DNA of 64,000 nucleotides, from positions 186,001 through 250,000 of the IMG/VR virus record IMGVR_UViG_3300035156_000206. One strand, given 5' to 3'. Below the pieces are notes generated by a model. That model was not told where the DNA came from and made no database searches. It saw nothing but the letters and a program-made list of their open reading frames with translations. Position numbers and translations under genes: made by a program. The first letter of the stretch is position 1. The number at the start of each line of letters is the position of its first letter. Of the stretch, positions 20,256-29,672 are shown in pieces.

Positions 20256-20471
20256 ATGACAAAGATGGTACGTAGCGCACGAGGCGATTTGGTCGACTTC
20301 GATTTAATCAAACTCAAGCAACAACTGGCAGACGCGCCAGCCCCAACCGAAGTAGCGGCCAGGGAGAATTTCGTCGAGAAGCGTCTCAAGCGCAAACTCA
20401 GAACTAAAACCGTGCCAGCAGTTACACCTGTTGGCAAAGATGAATCAGAAAAAGAGGAAGCATCAGAATGA
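20256..20471 (+). CDS. Small hypothetical protein
   Basis: 71 aa with an AGGAG RBS; coupled to groES. Confidence 0.6.
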   Translation: MTKMVRSARGDLVDFDLIKLKQQLADAPAPTEVAARENFVEKRLKRKLRTKTVPAVTPVGKDESEKEEASE

Positions 20472-20758
20472 ATGTAACAACAATGCGCAACAACATCCTG
20501 TTCCACTTCAAGGACAAAGTCAAAGACGGCAAGTTCGTCGAAGTCACTGAATCAGGATTGTATCTGGGTTTCCAGGCAGTCGACAGCAGCCAGAAGCCGC
20601 GCGAAGGGATTGTCCTCGTTGTTGGTCCAAAGTGCACTGACGTCAAGGTGGGTGATACTATCCTGATCGAACCACTGAAGTGGACTGAGGAAACAAAGTT
20701 TGGTGGCGAGAAGTTTTGGCTCACTACCGAAGACAATGTAATTGGTATCGTGACCTAA
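20468..20758 (+). CDS. groES: Co-chaperonin GroES-like (capsid assembly chaperone)
   Basis: TESGLYL mobile loop, REGIVLVVGP..DVKVGD..L motifs; 96 aa. Confidence 0.8.
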   Translation: MNVTTMRNNILFHFKDKVKDGKFVEVTESGLYLGFQAVDSSQKPREGIVLVVGPKCTDVKVGDTILIEPLKWTEETKFGGEKFWLTTEDNVIGIVT

Positions 20759-20769
20759 AAAGAGAGCCT

Positions 20770-22233
20770 ATGTTATTCATCGCCTTAATGCTTATAACCA
20801 CCACCTGCGTTGCAGGAGCTGCTGCATTCTTCAGTGTGTACGGGCTTGCCCACACATTTGCTGCTTCGTTCTGGTCTGTTGTATTCATGGGCGGTTCTCT
20901 GGAGGCTGGCAAACTAATGCTGGCCTCCTATTTGTACCGTTTCAAGGATGCAATAACCTACAAGACCAAAGCTCTTGGTTACGTCTTCGTCGTGGTACTG
21001 ATGCTAATCACATCATTAGGTATCTACGGATATCTTGCTGAGGCGTATCAAGCCGGCTCTACAGACATGAAGCAAGTCAACGCCTCCATGGACCTGAAGA
21101 AGCAGGAGCAGGCAACCCTGCAAAAACGTAAGGGCGAAATTGACGCCCAGATTGCCCAAGTACCTGTAAAGGACGTTCGTGGCAAGCAACGTTTGATGAA
21201 ACAATTTGGACCAGAAGTAAACACCATCAATACCCGCCTGATTGCACTAACATCCGAAGTCCAAGTAGAAGCACAAAAGCAGATCACCACTGATTCACAT
21301 GTGGGACCTATTGTCTTTGTGGCCAAGATTGTTGGCATCGAGCCGGATAATGCAATCAGCTTGCTGATCCTCGCAATTGTGTTCGCATTTGACCCACTTG
21401 CTATCTACCTGACCATTGCATGCAACACAGCAATTGCCAAGTACAAAGCCAAGAAGGCTGAACCCGAAGATGAACCACCAATGGAAGATTATTGGTCAAC
21501 GGACCCCGATCCTGTCCATACTGCAGACTTCAGGAAAGAGTTCGTGGACAAGTTCAAGGCTGATATGGGGGACACTATCCTTGATGTCAAGCTTGCTGAG
21601 CAGCAGGACGACAATCCTGAGCACATCGATCTTCTAATCAAGCCAATCCCAGCTGCTGAATACGTCACCATGCCTCCAATGGGAGACTTGTCAGAGTTTG
21701 TAGAAGTTGATGCTCTTCCTGAGCCACTCACATTCCCTGAGATCGATTTGGACCTGCCTGGTGTCCCACTAGTTGAAGAGGATACTATTCATGTACCAGA
21801 AGAGATTGTGAAACGGGCAGCGGACATTGATGTTGTCGGAGCAACTTTTGATGACAGCATGTCGACCGATGAAGTACACGAGAAGTTCAACCAGCTGGTA
21901 AAAGAATCACGAGCTAGATTGGTTTCTCCTGGTGTACCTGTAATCATGACAGAGGTCAATGAGTGGTGGGATGGGATGAAGCGGCCTCGAGAACCAATCG
22001 CTGACATGAAAGCATTGGGCGAACTTTTCTCGAAAGAGGAAACAGAAGACGTCACTTTCGAAGAAGGTACAGAAGCACCTCCAGTCCAACAACTGGTTAA
22101 AATCTATGAAGAGACTGCAGCGAAAGATGTTGCAGAGCAAACTCCGATGGATATCGAGACGATGGATCGCATCACGCGATTCTTCAAGCGTCAAGAACTT
22201 ATCAAAAATGTTCGCAGTGGTACAGTGGAATAA
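20770..22233 (+). CDS. Membrane protein with three N-terminal TM helices, coiled coil, further TM and long acidic tail
   Basis: AAFFSVYGLA...LEAGKL hydrophobic segments, a coiled coil, VFAFDPLAI, then a D/E/P-rich tail. Confidence 0.7.
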   Translation: MLFIALMLITTTCVAGAAAFFSVYGLAHTFAASFWSVVFMGGSLEAGKLMLASYLYRFKDAITYKTKALGYVFVVVLMLITSLGIYGYLAEAYQAGSTDMKQVNASMDLKKQEQATLQKRKGEIDAQIAQVPVKDVRGKQRLMKQFGPEVNTINTRLIALTSEVQVEAQKQITTDSHVGPIVFVAKIVGIEPDNAISLLILAIVFAFDPLAIYLTIACNTAIAKYKAKKAEPEDEPPMEDYWSTDPDPVHTADFRKEFVDKFKADMGDTILDVKLAEQQDDNPEHIDLLIKPIPAAEYVTMPPMGDLSEFVEVDALPEPLTFPEIDLDLPGVPLVEEDTIHVPEEIVKRAADIDVVGATFDDSMSTDEVHEKFNQLVKESRARLVSPGVPVIMTEVNEWWDGMKRPREPIADMKALGELFSKEETEDVTFEEGTEAPPVQQLVKIYEETAAKDVAEQTPMDIETMDRITRFFKRQELIKNVRSGTVE

Positions 22234-22268
22234 CTGTTGAACCCCTTGGTGGGGACGATACTTCTCAA

Positions 22269-22294
22269 TAAATACCTCCTTCGTGGAGGTATTT
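22269..22294 (+). promoter_or_regulatory. Late promoter overlapping a hairpin that occludes the endonuclease RBS
   Basis: TAAATA (22269-74); AAATACCTCC-TTCGT-GGAGGTATTT 10-bp stem contains GGAGG; TTG start at 22299. Confidence 0.8.
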
Positions 22295-22298
22295 TCTT

Positions 22299-22976
22299 TT
22301 GGCACACATTTACAAAATAACAAACGCGGTTGATGGTAAGGTATATGTAGGCAAGACCAACCGTACGATCAGCAAGCGATTCAAGCTGCATATATCAAAA
22401 CACAACACCGGCACCACTTATTTGTATAGAGCAATGCGGTTGCATGGACTGGCTAACTTTAGTATATCAGAAATTGAAGAAGTGTGTGAAGTGGATGCAT
22501 CAACACGAGAACAGTTCTGGATAGTAAAACTTGGTACCAAAGTACCTTTGGGATATAATATGACAAATGGTGGGGATGGTGGCGACACTAGTGATTCTCC
22601 ACAATTCCAGAAATATTTAGCCAACCGTGACTATCGTGGTGTTAAAAATCCAATGTACGGTAAACGTGGGAAGGAAAATCCCAACTATGGCAGCTGTCGA
22701 TCAGATGAACAGAAGATAAACATGTCAGTTGGGCTGACTACTGCATGGGAAGCAAATGCCGACCGCAAGGACAAACAGTCCAATAAAATGCAAGGTGTGG
22801 GTAACCCCATGTTTGGGAAAAAGCCTAAAAACACCAAACGTGTTGTCTTTGACGGTGTTCTGTACGATAGTATCGCGGACTGCATGAAAGCAACAAAACG
22901 GTCCTCCTATTATATACAACGACACGGGCACATACAACATGACATTACTACACAAGCTTTGGCAGGAGAAATATAG
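22299..22976 (+). mobile_element. Free-standing GIY-YIG homing endonuclease with NUMOD3-like NPMYGK repeats
   Basis: HIYKITN..GKVYVGKT, RF..H, REQFWI, GYNMTNGGDG, and NPMYGK/NPNYG/NPMFGKK. Confidence 0.88.
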
Positions 22977-23874
22977 GCCAACTGAAGTCGAAGACTACCT
23001 TTTCCAGAACAAAGCGCAAAAATCCAAGTTTCTCAAAATGATTCTTGACCAGTCGATTCCACACCTACTGCTTTCGGGTGTGCAAGGAACCGGCAAGACA
23101 TCACTCGCATGGCTGCTGATGAAGCAGATTGGCGTGGATGAAGACGACATCCTGGTAATCGATTGCTCACTGACCACGTCGGTTGATGTAGTCCGAAACG
23201 ACATCGATTGCTTCATCAAGCAGTTTCCAACTGGCGACTTCCGTGTAGTTCTGATGGAAGAAGCGGACCAGTTTACTCCTGCAGCCCAGAAGGCTCTCAA
23301 AGTCACGCTGGAAGAGTATGCCGATGTAGTTCGATTCATCTTCACAACCAATCACGAACAGAAGATTCTGCCAGCAATCAAGTCGCGTTGCACACACGCT
23401 CGCTTCAAAGCACACAATGTCCCGCAAGTGACTAATCTGTGCATGAACATTCTTGAAGCTGAGGGAATGCTGTACGACCCGGACGAAGTGGACAAGTATA
23501 TTGCGTTGTGCTATCCAGACATTCGCAAGACGATTGGCATGTTACAAGATAACTGCCCGAATGGCAAACTGCTTCCAGCTTCGGACTCGACCTCCGAAAA
23601 TTCTGACTATAAGTACAAGATGCTCGAGATGATCGAGAGCGATGCGTGGGATCAATTGCGCATTGAAGTACTGCCAAGCATTGCCACCGAAGAGTGGGAT
23701 GATGCGTACCGGTTCTTGTATGAGAACATCCATCGTAGTCCAAAAATGGTTGAAGATGTAGCGAACATGAAACAAGCGGTTGTCGCAATCGCTGAATATC
23801 TGTATCGTCACTCATTCTTTGCCGACCCCATCATCAATGCCTCTGCCTTGATGATCCGAATCTCCGATATTTAA
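22939..23874 (+). CDS. Sliding-clamp loader large subunit (T4 gp44/RFC-like)
   Basis: LWQEKYRP, GVQGTGKTS, MEEAD, FIFTTN, IKSRC and PDIRKTI motifs. Confidence 0.92.
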   Translation: MTLLHKLWQEKYRPTEVEDYLFQNKAQKSKFLKMILDQSIPHLLLSGVQGTGKTSLAWLLMKQIGVDEDDILVIDCSLTTSVDVVRNDIDCFIKQFPTGDFRVVLMEEADQFTPAAQKALKVTLEEYADVVRFIFTTNHEQKILPAIKSRCTHARFKAHNVPQVTNLCMNILEAEGMLYDPDEVDKYIALCYPDIRKTIGMLQDNCPNGKLLPASDSTSENSDYKYKMLEMIESDAWDQLRIEVLPSIATEEWDDAYRFLYENIHRSPKMVEDVANMKQAVVAIAEYLYRHSFFADPIINASALMIRISDI

Positions 23875-23882
23875 GGAACACC

Positions 23883-24218
23883 ATGAGCACACTTGACGAC
23901 CAAACCGAACAAACCAAAGAAGACCGCGCCATCCTTGAGACGATTGCTGGTCACGCCGTAAAAGGCGAGATCGCTGCCTGGAATCGCAAACGCAAGTCCA
24001 TCGAGCGCATCATTACCAACAACATCCATCCGCTTGAGCAAAAGTTGATCGAGCTGAATGCACAGTTGATGCCACTGTACGATGAGCTGAAGTCGGCCCG
24101 ATCTGCCATGATCGAGTTTTGCATCCACCCTATTGACATGTTGGTCAAAGTTGAAGGCCATGTAGAATGTAAATTCTGTGATGCCAAGATGGTTGTGCCA
24201 GCAAAGGCAGCAGAATAA
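23883..24218 (+). CDS. Hypothetical coiled-coil protein with C-terminal CxH/CxxC
   Basis: 111 aa with an AAGGA RBS; FCIHP...ECKFC. Confidence 0.6.
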   Translation: MSTLDDQTEQTKEDRAILETIAGHAVKGEIAAWNRKRKSIERIITNNIHPLEQKLIELNAQLMPLYDELKSARSAMIEFCIHPIDMLVKVEGHVECKFCDAKMVVPAKAAE

Positions 24219-24619
24219 TGAGCATTCGACCACTTAAACTGAAGGATCCTACCCTACCTTCTAACCAACAGGGTATGTACGAGAAGTTTGTTGTTGCTCG
24301 TACTGATGGCAGTGATGAGCCGGGCGGTAAGCATGAAGACTGTGACTACTTTGTGCTTGATCTGACACACGACAAGCATGCTGTAGCTGCACTAGCGGCG
24401 TATGCTGTATCGTGCAAAGATACGCACCCACAGTTACATGCTGATATTACCAAACGGCTCTTCAAGATCATGCCATACACTCGAGAGGATATCCTGGTGG
24501 GTGCATATTCCTTGAACCTCGAAAAAGGTATTGGGTTTGATTCCCTCGAGATGCAAGAGTCCGTCAACAAAACTATGGCTGAATATGATGATCTGGTCGA
24601 AGCGACGAAAAAAGGTTAG
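24218..24619 (+). CDS. Hypothetical phage protein (KF.V.RTDG...GGKH..C.YFVLDL.HD domain)
   Basis: Coupled by a TAATG overlap; the motif resembles a phage domain of unknown function recalled from memory. Confidence 0.65.
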   Translation: MSIRPLKLKDPTLPSNQQGMYEKFVVARTDGSDEPGGKHEDCDYFVLDLTHDKHAVAALAAYAVSCKDTHPQLHADITKRLFKIMPYTREDILVGAYSLNLEKGIGFDSLEMQESVNKTMAEYDDLVEATKKG

Positions 24620-24620
24620 T

Positions 24621-24803
24621 GTGCAGCCACAGGATGACAGTTCTGATATTGTGAAGGAACTGTTCTCTGAGTATATTAGAGCTAGCGTGAGAACCGCAAT
24701 GGCGAAGCTGTATGACAAGGCACAGTATGTACCACGTCTGAAGGAAGAGATGGATGCGTTCAATCTCTTCATGTACCAATTCAAGAGAGAGAACCAAGAC
24801 TAA
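24621..24803 (+). CDS. Small hypothetical protein
   Basis: Probable GTG start just after the preceding stop; coupled to the gp62-like gene. Confidence 0.45.
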   Translation: MQPQDDSSDIVKELFSEYIRASVRTAMAKLYDKAQYVPRLKEEMDAFNLFMYQFKRENQD

Positions 24804-25288
24804 TGAGCGAAGACACAAAAGCCAGGCCTCTTGACATCTTTGAGGCATTGGACCGGATCAACCACAACGACTTCGGCTACTTTGCCACTCTATCGGAAGA
24901 GCAGCAGAAGTCATTCTCACCTTACGTGGCGATGAAGTGGATGCAAGGTACCAACAAGAAGAAGCAACTGGTTCGCCTGAACAACCGCGTCAATCCGTAC
25001 GTGTTTGCTTTAGGCAACAATCACAAGCAGTTGATGTTCATGCTGATGTGCTCCTGCACTGAAGGCAATGGGCAACGTTACACATGGTCCAAAGGATCTA
25101 CAAAGGCACCTGCCAAGGCACATTCCGTTGGAGTGATCATGGAAGCCTACAAGTACACACAGAAGCAAGCGCGTGAAGTACTTCATATGTTCAATATGGA
25201 CGAAATATTAGAACTGGCACAATACCTCGGAAGACAAACGGATGAGCTTACAAAAATTAAGTCTGAACACAAATCAAAGTCAAAATAG
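24803..25288 (+). CDS. Clamp loader small subunit (T4 gp62-like)
   Basis: FSPYVAMKWM...N..VN, Y.W.K, Y.Y....A.E.L pattern; near gp44. Confidence 0.75.
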   Translation: MSEDTKARPLDIFEALDRINHNDFGYFATLSEEQQKSFSPYVAMKWMQGTNKKKQLVRLNNRVNPYVFALGNNHKQLMFMLMCSCTEGNGQRYTWSKGSTKAPAKAHSVGVIMEAYKYTQKQAREVLHMFNMDEILELAQYLGRQTDELTKIKSEHKSKSK

Positions 25289-25295
25289 AGTCCCA

Positions 25296-25988
25296 ATGCC
25301 ACTGATCGCAAAAGAGAAGCCAGTTTACGAGTGCACGTGGTGTAAGAAAAACTACACGCGCGAGAAGGCTTTCATGGAACACAAGTGCCCTGTCCGTGCT
25401 CGGATGGAGCAACTGCGTTCGCCTCTTGGTCAGGCAGCATATATGTTCTATGCAAAGTGGATGCACGCTTCAAAGCGAGCTATCCCTGAACAGGCAACAT
25501 TCATGACATCCAAGTTCTACGAATCGTTTATTCGGTTTGCCAAGTTCAACAAGGCTCTGCAGTTGCCATCGACTGAGCTGTACGTGCAAGTGATGATGCA
25601 AAAAGACATCCCTCCTAACCTCTGGACGGACGATCGGGCGTATTCCATTTACCTGGAGCATATGGAGTATCACATTGATCCAAAGCTGTCGATCATTATG
25701 ACATCTGAAAGTTTGGCAAAGCTGTGTAAGGAGTATGAATGCGAGATTAGCGATGTTTTCGCTCGTGTTAATAAGAATGATGTTATACAATTGATTCGTG
25801 AGCGAAAGTTGTCGCCTTGGATTCTGTTGCGTAGCCCACGCTTTCACGAGTTCTTGGGTGATTGTTCACGTGAGCAGTTGGCCATGATTGAGACATTGAT
25901 TGATGCTCCGTTCTGGAAGAAGAAGTTTAAGGCTGACCCAAAGACTACCAAGTTTGTTGGCCTCTGCATACAAGAGTTAGGACTGTAA
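25296..25988 (+). CDS. C2H2/C zinc-finger protein
   Basis: YECTWCKKNYTREKAFMEHKC at the N-terminus. Confidence 0.7.
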   Translation: MPLIAKEKPVYECTWCKKNYTREKAFMEHKCPVRARMEQLRSPLGQAAYMFYAKWMHASKRAIPEQATFMTSKFYESFIRFAKFNKALQLPSTELYVQVMMQKDIPPNLWTDDRAYSIYLEHMEYHIDPKLSIIMTSESLAKLCKEYECEISDVFARVNKNDVIQLIRERKLSPWILLRSPRFHEFLGDCSREQLAMIETLIDAPFWKKKFKADPKTTKFVGLCIQELGL

Positions 25989-25989
25989 A

Positions 25990-26568
25990 TTGGATATCGA
26001 CATTGATCTTCCCACCAACTTCGACCCAAAGAAGATTTTCACCAGCGTTAGGGTGGCATCGATGCTGAAGGGTTCGGAATTTGTGAAGCATCCGTGTGGT
26101 GCATACTTCCAAGGCATTGCGGTAGATCCAATAACGGGACTGGCTGCAATTCCCCACAAGGAGGCACAAGACTTAGGCTTCTTCAAGATCGACTTCCTGC
26201 ACCTGAGTGTATTGGATGACTTTACCACAAAGGAACAGATTCGGAAGCTGATGAAGTACAAGCCAGACTGGACCTTGCTAAATAGTCAGGAGGTAGTGGA
26301 GAAGCTCTTCCACATCAAGAACCACTTCGATTTAGTAAATAGGGTAAAGCCTACGTCAGTACAAGAACTGGCAGACATTATGGCATTGATTCGTCCTGGC
26401 AGGCGCCAGCTGGTAGATCAGTACATGATGAACAAGGAAGCTGTACGAAAGAAACAACTGTATGAACGCCAGGCTCATGATGAGTATTCGTTCAAACGCA
26501 GTCACGCAATTGCGTATGCCTACAATGTGGTATTGCAGTTGCACCTAATCAAAAAAGGTCTACTATGA
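25990..26568 (+). CDS. DNA polymerase III alpha (DnaE)-like, catalytic C-terminal fragment
   Basis: Begins MDIDID (PDxDxD), then KHPCG, GFFKIDFL, ALIRPG and YSFKRSHAIAYA, all DnaE motifs. Confidence 0.88.
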   Translation: MDIDIDLPTNFDPKKIFTSVRVASMLKGSEFVKHPCGAYFQGIAVDPITGLAAIPHKEAQDLGFFKIDFLHLSVLDDFTTKEQIRKLMKYKPDWTLLNSQEVVEKLFHIKNHFDLVNRVKPTSVQELADIMALIRPGRRQLVDQYMMNKEAVRKKQLYERQAHDEYSFKRSHAIAYAYNVVLQLHLIKKGLL

Positions 26569-26909
26569 AATTAACAGAAGTGGTAATGCCATCGAACAAC
26601 CAAATGACGTCACATCAGCAAGTGGCTCTACTGTCGGTGTTCATTGCACTATCTAATTCGCCAGAAGCTGGTGCAGAAGCACTGAAGGGCGACGAGAAGA
26701 AAATGGCTGCAGGTGAGTATCTCATCCAACGTGGATTGGTACAAGTATCTGGTGCAGGTATCTCAATCACCCAACGTGGCGTCACAGAACTGACATCAAT
26801 GGGGTTGATCCAGCAGGGCATGGTCACTGACAAAGGTCAACAACTGATCAACCCCAAGGCGAAGGCAGTCCCAGCACCAACACAACAACCAAAAGGATTG
26901 GAATTATGA
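26565..26909 (+). CDS. Hypothetical protein (MKLTE start, possible winged-helix)
   Basis: 114 aa; YLIQRGLV...ITQRG pattern. Confidence 0.55.
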   Translation: MKLTEVVMPSNNQMTSHQQVALLSVFIALSNSPEAGAEALKGDEKKMAAGEYLIQRGLVQVSGAGISITQRGVTELTSMGLIQQGMVTDKGQQLINPKAKAVPAPTQQPKGLEL

Positions 26910-27097
26910 CAACCGAAGTTGAGAGACTGAAGCAACGCCTGATCGAAGGTGGGATCAGTCTCATTAGTGTGTTCCCGGGCACAAACCCAATGACAACACG
27001 GGAAGACTTGGCAGCAGAAATGAACAAAGCACTCGACATGATAGAAGCAGGCGAGTTTAAAGAATCAACATTTAACGACAGGGAGTTAGTAGAATGA
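26906..27097 (+). CDS. Small hypothetical protein
   Basis: 63 aa; ATGA-coupled on both sides. Confidence 0.5.
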   Translation: MTTEVERLKQRLIEGGISLISVFPGTNPMTTREDLAAEMNKALDMIEAGEFKESTFNDRELVE

Positions 27098-27441
27098 ACC
27101 AAGTACCATTAGAGGACTATGTCCGTGTAGGAAACATCATCAAAATTATCGATGGTGACACAATTGATGTTGACACGGACATGGGATGTGATATCCGCCT
27201 CAAGCAGCGCATCCGCTTGTACGGTATCAATGCACCAGAACGCCGTGAAGCTGCAGGAATGGCTGCAAAAGCATTCCTGGAACAGCTGTTAGCTGGTCAC
27301 ACTCTGATTGTTCTGAAGACGCACAAGAACAGGAAAGAGAAGTACGGGCGTTACCTGGGCGAGATCTTTATCCCAGGTGAGTCAGTCAGCATCAACATGC
27401 AAATGGTCAATGCTGGACACGCAGTAGAATTTATGGTTTGA
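27094..27441 (+). CDS. Thermonuclease (SNase-like)
   Basis: IIDGDTIDV, RIRLYGINAPE, EKYGRYLG and MVNAGHA motifs. Confidence 0.9.
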   Translation: MNQVPLEDYVRVGNIIKIIDGDTIDVDTDMGCDIRLKQRIRLYGINAPERREAAGMAAKAFLEQLLAGHTLIVLKTHKNRKEKYGRYLGEIFIPGESVSINMQMVNAGHAVEFMV

Positions 27442-27443
27442 TT

Positions 27444-27872
27444 TTAGACGGTTTCGTCTGATTGAACTTTTGGGAATGGCTTACGTTTGCGGCGTTTGAT
27501 GGTTTGGCACTGGCTAATGGTGTACTTGTTAGCTGGTCCAATAAATCGCGTTACGAAGTTGATGTTGAGGATTCGGTAGATGCGTGATGTCTCAGAGATG
27601 AGGTTATGCTTCGCGAACTCGATGGAGATGGGATAATTGTCTCGGCTATTCTCAAACCAATCCATAGCAACACGCAACATCATCTGCTCATCCACACGTT
27701 CCGGGCCGCAATAGTCCAGCACATACGCCATAATCTTGGCATCATCCATATTATCGACGATAGCTAGCAGCGTTTGATCCTGGTATTGGATCAACGAAAT
27801 GAATGGATAGCCGTTATACTCCCGCGGGTGGGATTCAATCAATAACGAACACTTGGGTTTTCTTGTTGCCAA
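27444..27872 (-). CDS. Hypothetical protein
   Basis: 142 aa with an AGGAGG RBS, TTG start and its own TAAATA promoter. Confidence 0.7.
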   Translation of the reverse strand: MATRKPKCSLLIESHPREYNGYPFISLIQYQDQTLLAIVDNMDDAKIMAYVLDYCGPERVDEQMMLRVAMDWFENSRDNYPISIEFAKHNLISETSRIYRILNINFVTRFIGPANKYTISQCQTIKRRKRKPFPKVQSDETV

Positions 27873-27895
27873 AATACGTACCTCCTAGATGTGTA

Positions 27896-27916
27896 TATTT
27901 AGTTTGGTTATAAATA
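27896..27916. promoter_or_regulatory. Back-to-back divergent late promoters
   Basis: TATTTA (27896-901, TAAATA on minus) and TATAAATA (27909-16, plus) between divergent genes. Confidence 0.65.
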
Positions 27917-27947
27917 GTCCGATAGATCCTCACTAAAGGTTACAACA

Positions 27948-28868
27948 ATGAAAAATCCATTCACCGCGATGTTAGCTGAACTGAACATCTCCCTGGGCAA
28001 CAAACTGATCGCTCCTTCCTCGAGCAGTGAAGTTGATGCCCTGAGCGACAAAGAAGAAGACAAAGTAGGTGGTATGGAGTTGCCATCTGACGAAGAGGTC
28101 ACAGACCTTGATGATGCCGAAACAGATCTGAGCAAACTAACACTTGACCAGATTATTGCTGCCCTGCAAGCTATCAAGAAAAGCCAAGAACAAGAGGCTG
28201 ATATTGGTGGTCAACGCATTGAGCCACACAGCGACTTTGCAGATGTGGACCCAATGGATCCTCCTGAGAATGTCAATCCTGCTGACAACCGTATGCCAGA
28301 TGAGAATCTGCTGGACGATGAAGGTATCCCTGCTCTGCCAGGTATGCGTCGTTCCCCAGAAGATGAACAGCTTGCTGGTCCTAAGAAGTCCAATCCTTTT
28401 AGCAACGACGAAGAGGAAGACAATTTGGACGATCCAGAAGGCGCGTCTTTTGATGGCTTTGATGCCGATCCTGAAGGCGATGCTGGTGATGTTGACCTCG
28501 ACAAAGAAGGCGACGATGCCGACCCAGTAGATGACTTCGGAGCTGATGTTACCAAAGGTGAAGACCCGATGGGTGGTGATGACATGGGTGCTGAAGATGA
28601 GCCCGATGAAAACCACATGGGAACTATCCGTGCTGTTAAGGGTGCCCACTTAGTCTACAAGCGCCAAGCTGGTGACGGTACATTCTCTGAGCTGTGGACG
28701 TACAACATTGGCGAACACGTCAATGATGCTATTGCCATCAAAAAAGCTATTGTTGCTGGTACAGATATCCCAGAAAACAAGCTACGTTCAGATGACGGTA
28801 CTCAGTCATATGAGCTGGTCACCATGGGTAATGCTCAGTTGCTGAAAATTACTGGACTGCCTAACTAA
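27948..28868 (+). CDS. Highly acidic late protein, probable internal head protein
   Basis: D/E-rich disordered body with a folded C-terminal ~80 aa; late promoter; MLAE near the N-terminus. Confidence 0.6.
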   Translation: MKNPFTAMLAELNISLGNKLIAPSSSSEVDALSDKEEDKVGGMELPSDEEVTDLDDAETDLSKLTLDQIIAALQAIKKSQEQEADIGGQRIEPHSDFADVDPMDPPENVNPADNRMPDENLLDDEGIPALPGMRRSPEDEQLAGPKKSNPFSNDEEEDNLDDPEGASFDGFDADPEGDAGDVDLDKEGDDADPVDDFGADVTKGEDPMGGDDMGAEDEPDENHMGTIRAVKGAHLVYKRQAGDGTFSELWTYNIGEHVNDAIAIKKAIVAGTDIPENKLRSDDGTQSYELVTMGNAQLLKITGLPN

Positions 28869-28875
28869 TTAGGTG

Positions 28876-28940
28876 TTGCCTTTCCGGTCTGGAACAGATA
28901 TAATGTGTCCAACACATTATTATCCCCGGTTCCGGAAAGG
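28876..28940 (+). promoter_or_regulatory. Sigma70-like early promoter with an RBS-overlapping inverted repeat
   Basis: TTGCCT-17-TATAAT (28876-28904); CCTTTCCGG/CCGGAAAGG arms (28879-87 / 28932-40). Confidence 0.65.
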
Positions 28941-28946
28941 ACTAAC

Positions 28947-29555
28947 ATGCTAGTACCAGTATCAGGCAGTCAAGGCTGCGGCAAGACAACCATTATCAAT
29001 GAGTTGTATAAAGCAGGCCACCCAATCATCCAACGCAAGACCTCGCGATCTATTCTGAGTGAATGGGGCGTATCCCTAAACGAAGTCAACCAAGATCCAC
29101 AGTTGACGATGAAGTTCCAGGAAGAAATCATCCGTCGCAAGTTTCTGGACGAAAAAGAAGCCATTGAATCAGACCAAATCGTGTTCACCGAGCGTACGTA
29201 CGCCGACTTGTTCACGTATGCATTGGTTGCATTAGGTCGTGATAACGACTTTGATGACTGGCTTCGTGACTACTACCTTCGGTGTATGACTTACCAACAG
29301 TCGTACTCGATGGTGTTCTATCTCACTGCTGGACACTTCACAGTGCAAAAGGATGGCGTGCGTGCATCCAACAAACAGTACAGCACACTGGTTGACTTGA
29401 GCATGCAAGAGTTCACCCGACAAATGACGTCGCACAATCGACTAAATATCGTCTCCACACCAGTTCTGCAAGAGCGCAAGACCATCATCGAAGTACAGAC
29501 GCTGTCAGCGCTCAACCCAGCTGCATTCAATTTGAACCTTCTCCAGTCGCTGTAA
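28947..29555 (+). CDS. P-loop nucleotide kinase (AAA_28/dNMP-kinase-like)
   Basis: GSQGCGKTT, FTERTYAD, Y.MVFYL and DGVR motifs. Confidence 0.75.
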   Translation: MLVPVSGSQGCGKTTIINELYKAGHPIIQRKTSRSILSEWGVSLNEVNQDPQLTMKFQEEIIRRKFLDEKEAIESDQIVFTERTYADLFTYALVALGRDNDFDDWLRDYYLRCMTYQQSYSMVFYLTAGHFTVQKDGVRASNKQYSTLVDLSMQEFTRQMTSHNRLNIVSTPVLQERKTIIEVQTLSALNPAAFNLNLLQSL

Positions 29556-29672
29556 CATCATAGCAAGGACACCAGTCGAACAAATAATTGGTGTCTTTGT
29601 TCAGAACATGATGTATCATGCGTAGCGTCAGCAGTCTACAAATTGACCAAACATTTGAAAACAGGAAATTAC

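Noticed and set aside
19668-26568. Split-intein DnaE as in cyanobacteria
   Set aside because: Neither fragment has Hint/intein terminal motifs (ends VKHE; starts MDIDID), and the split site differs.
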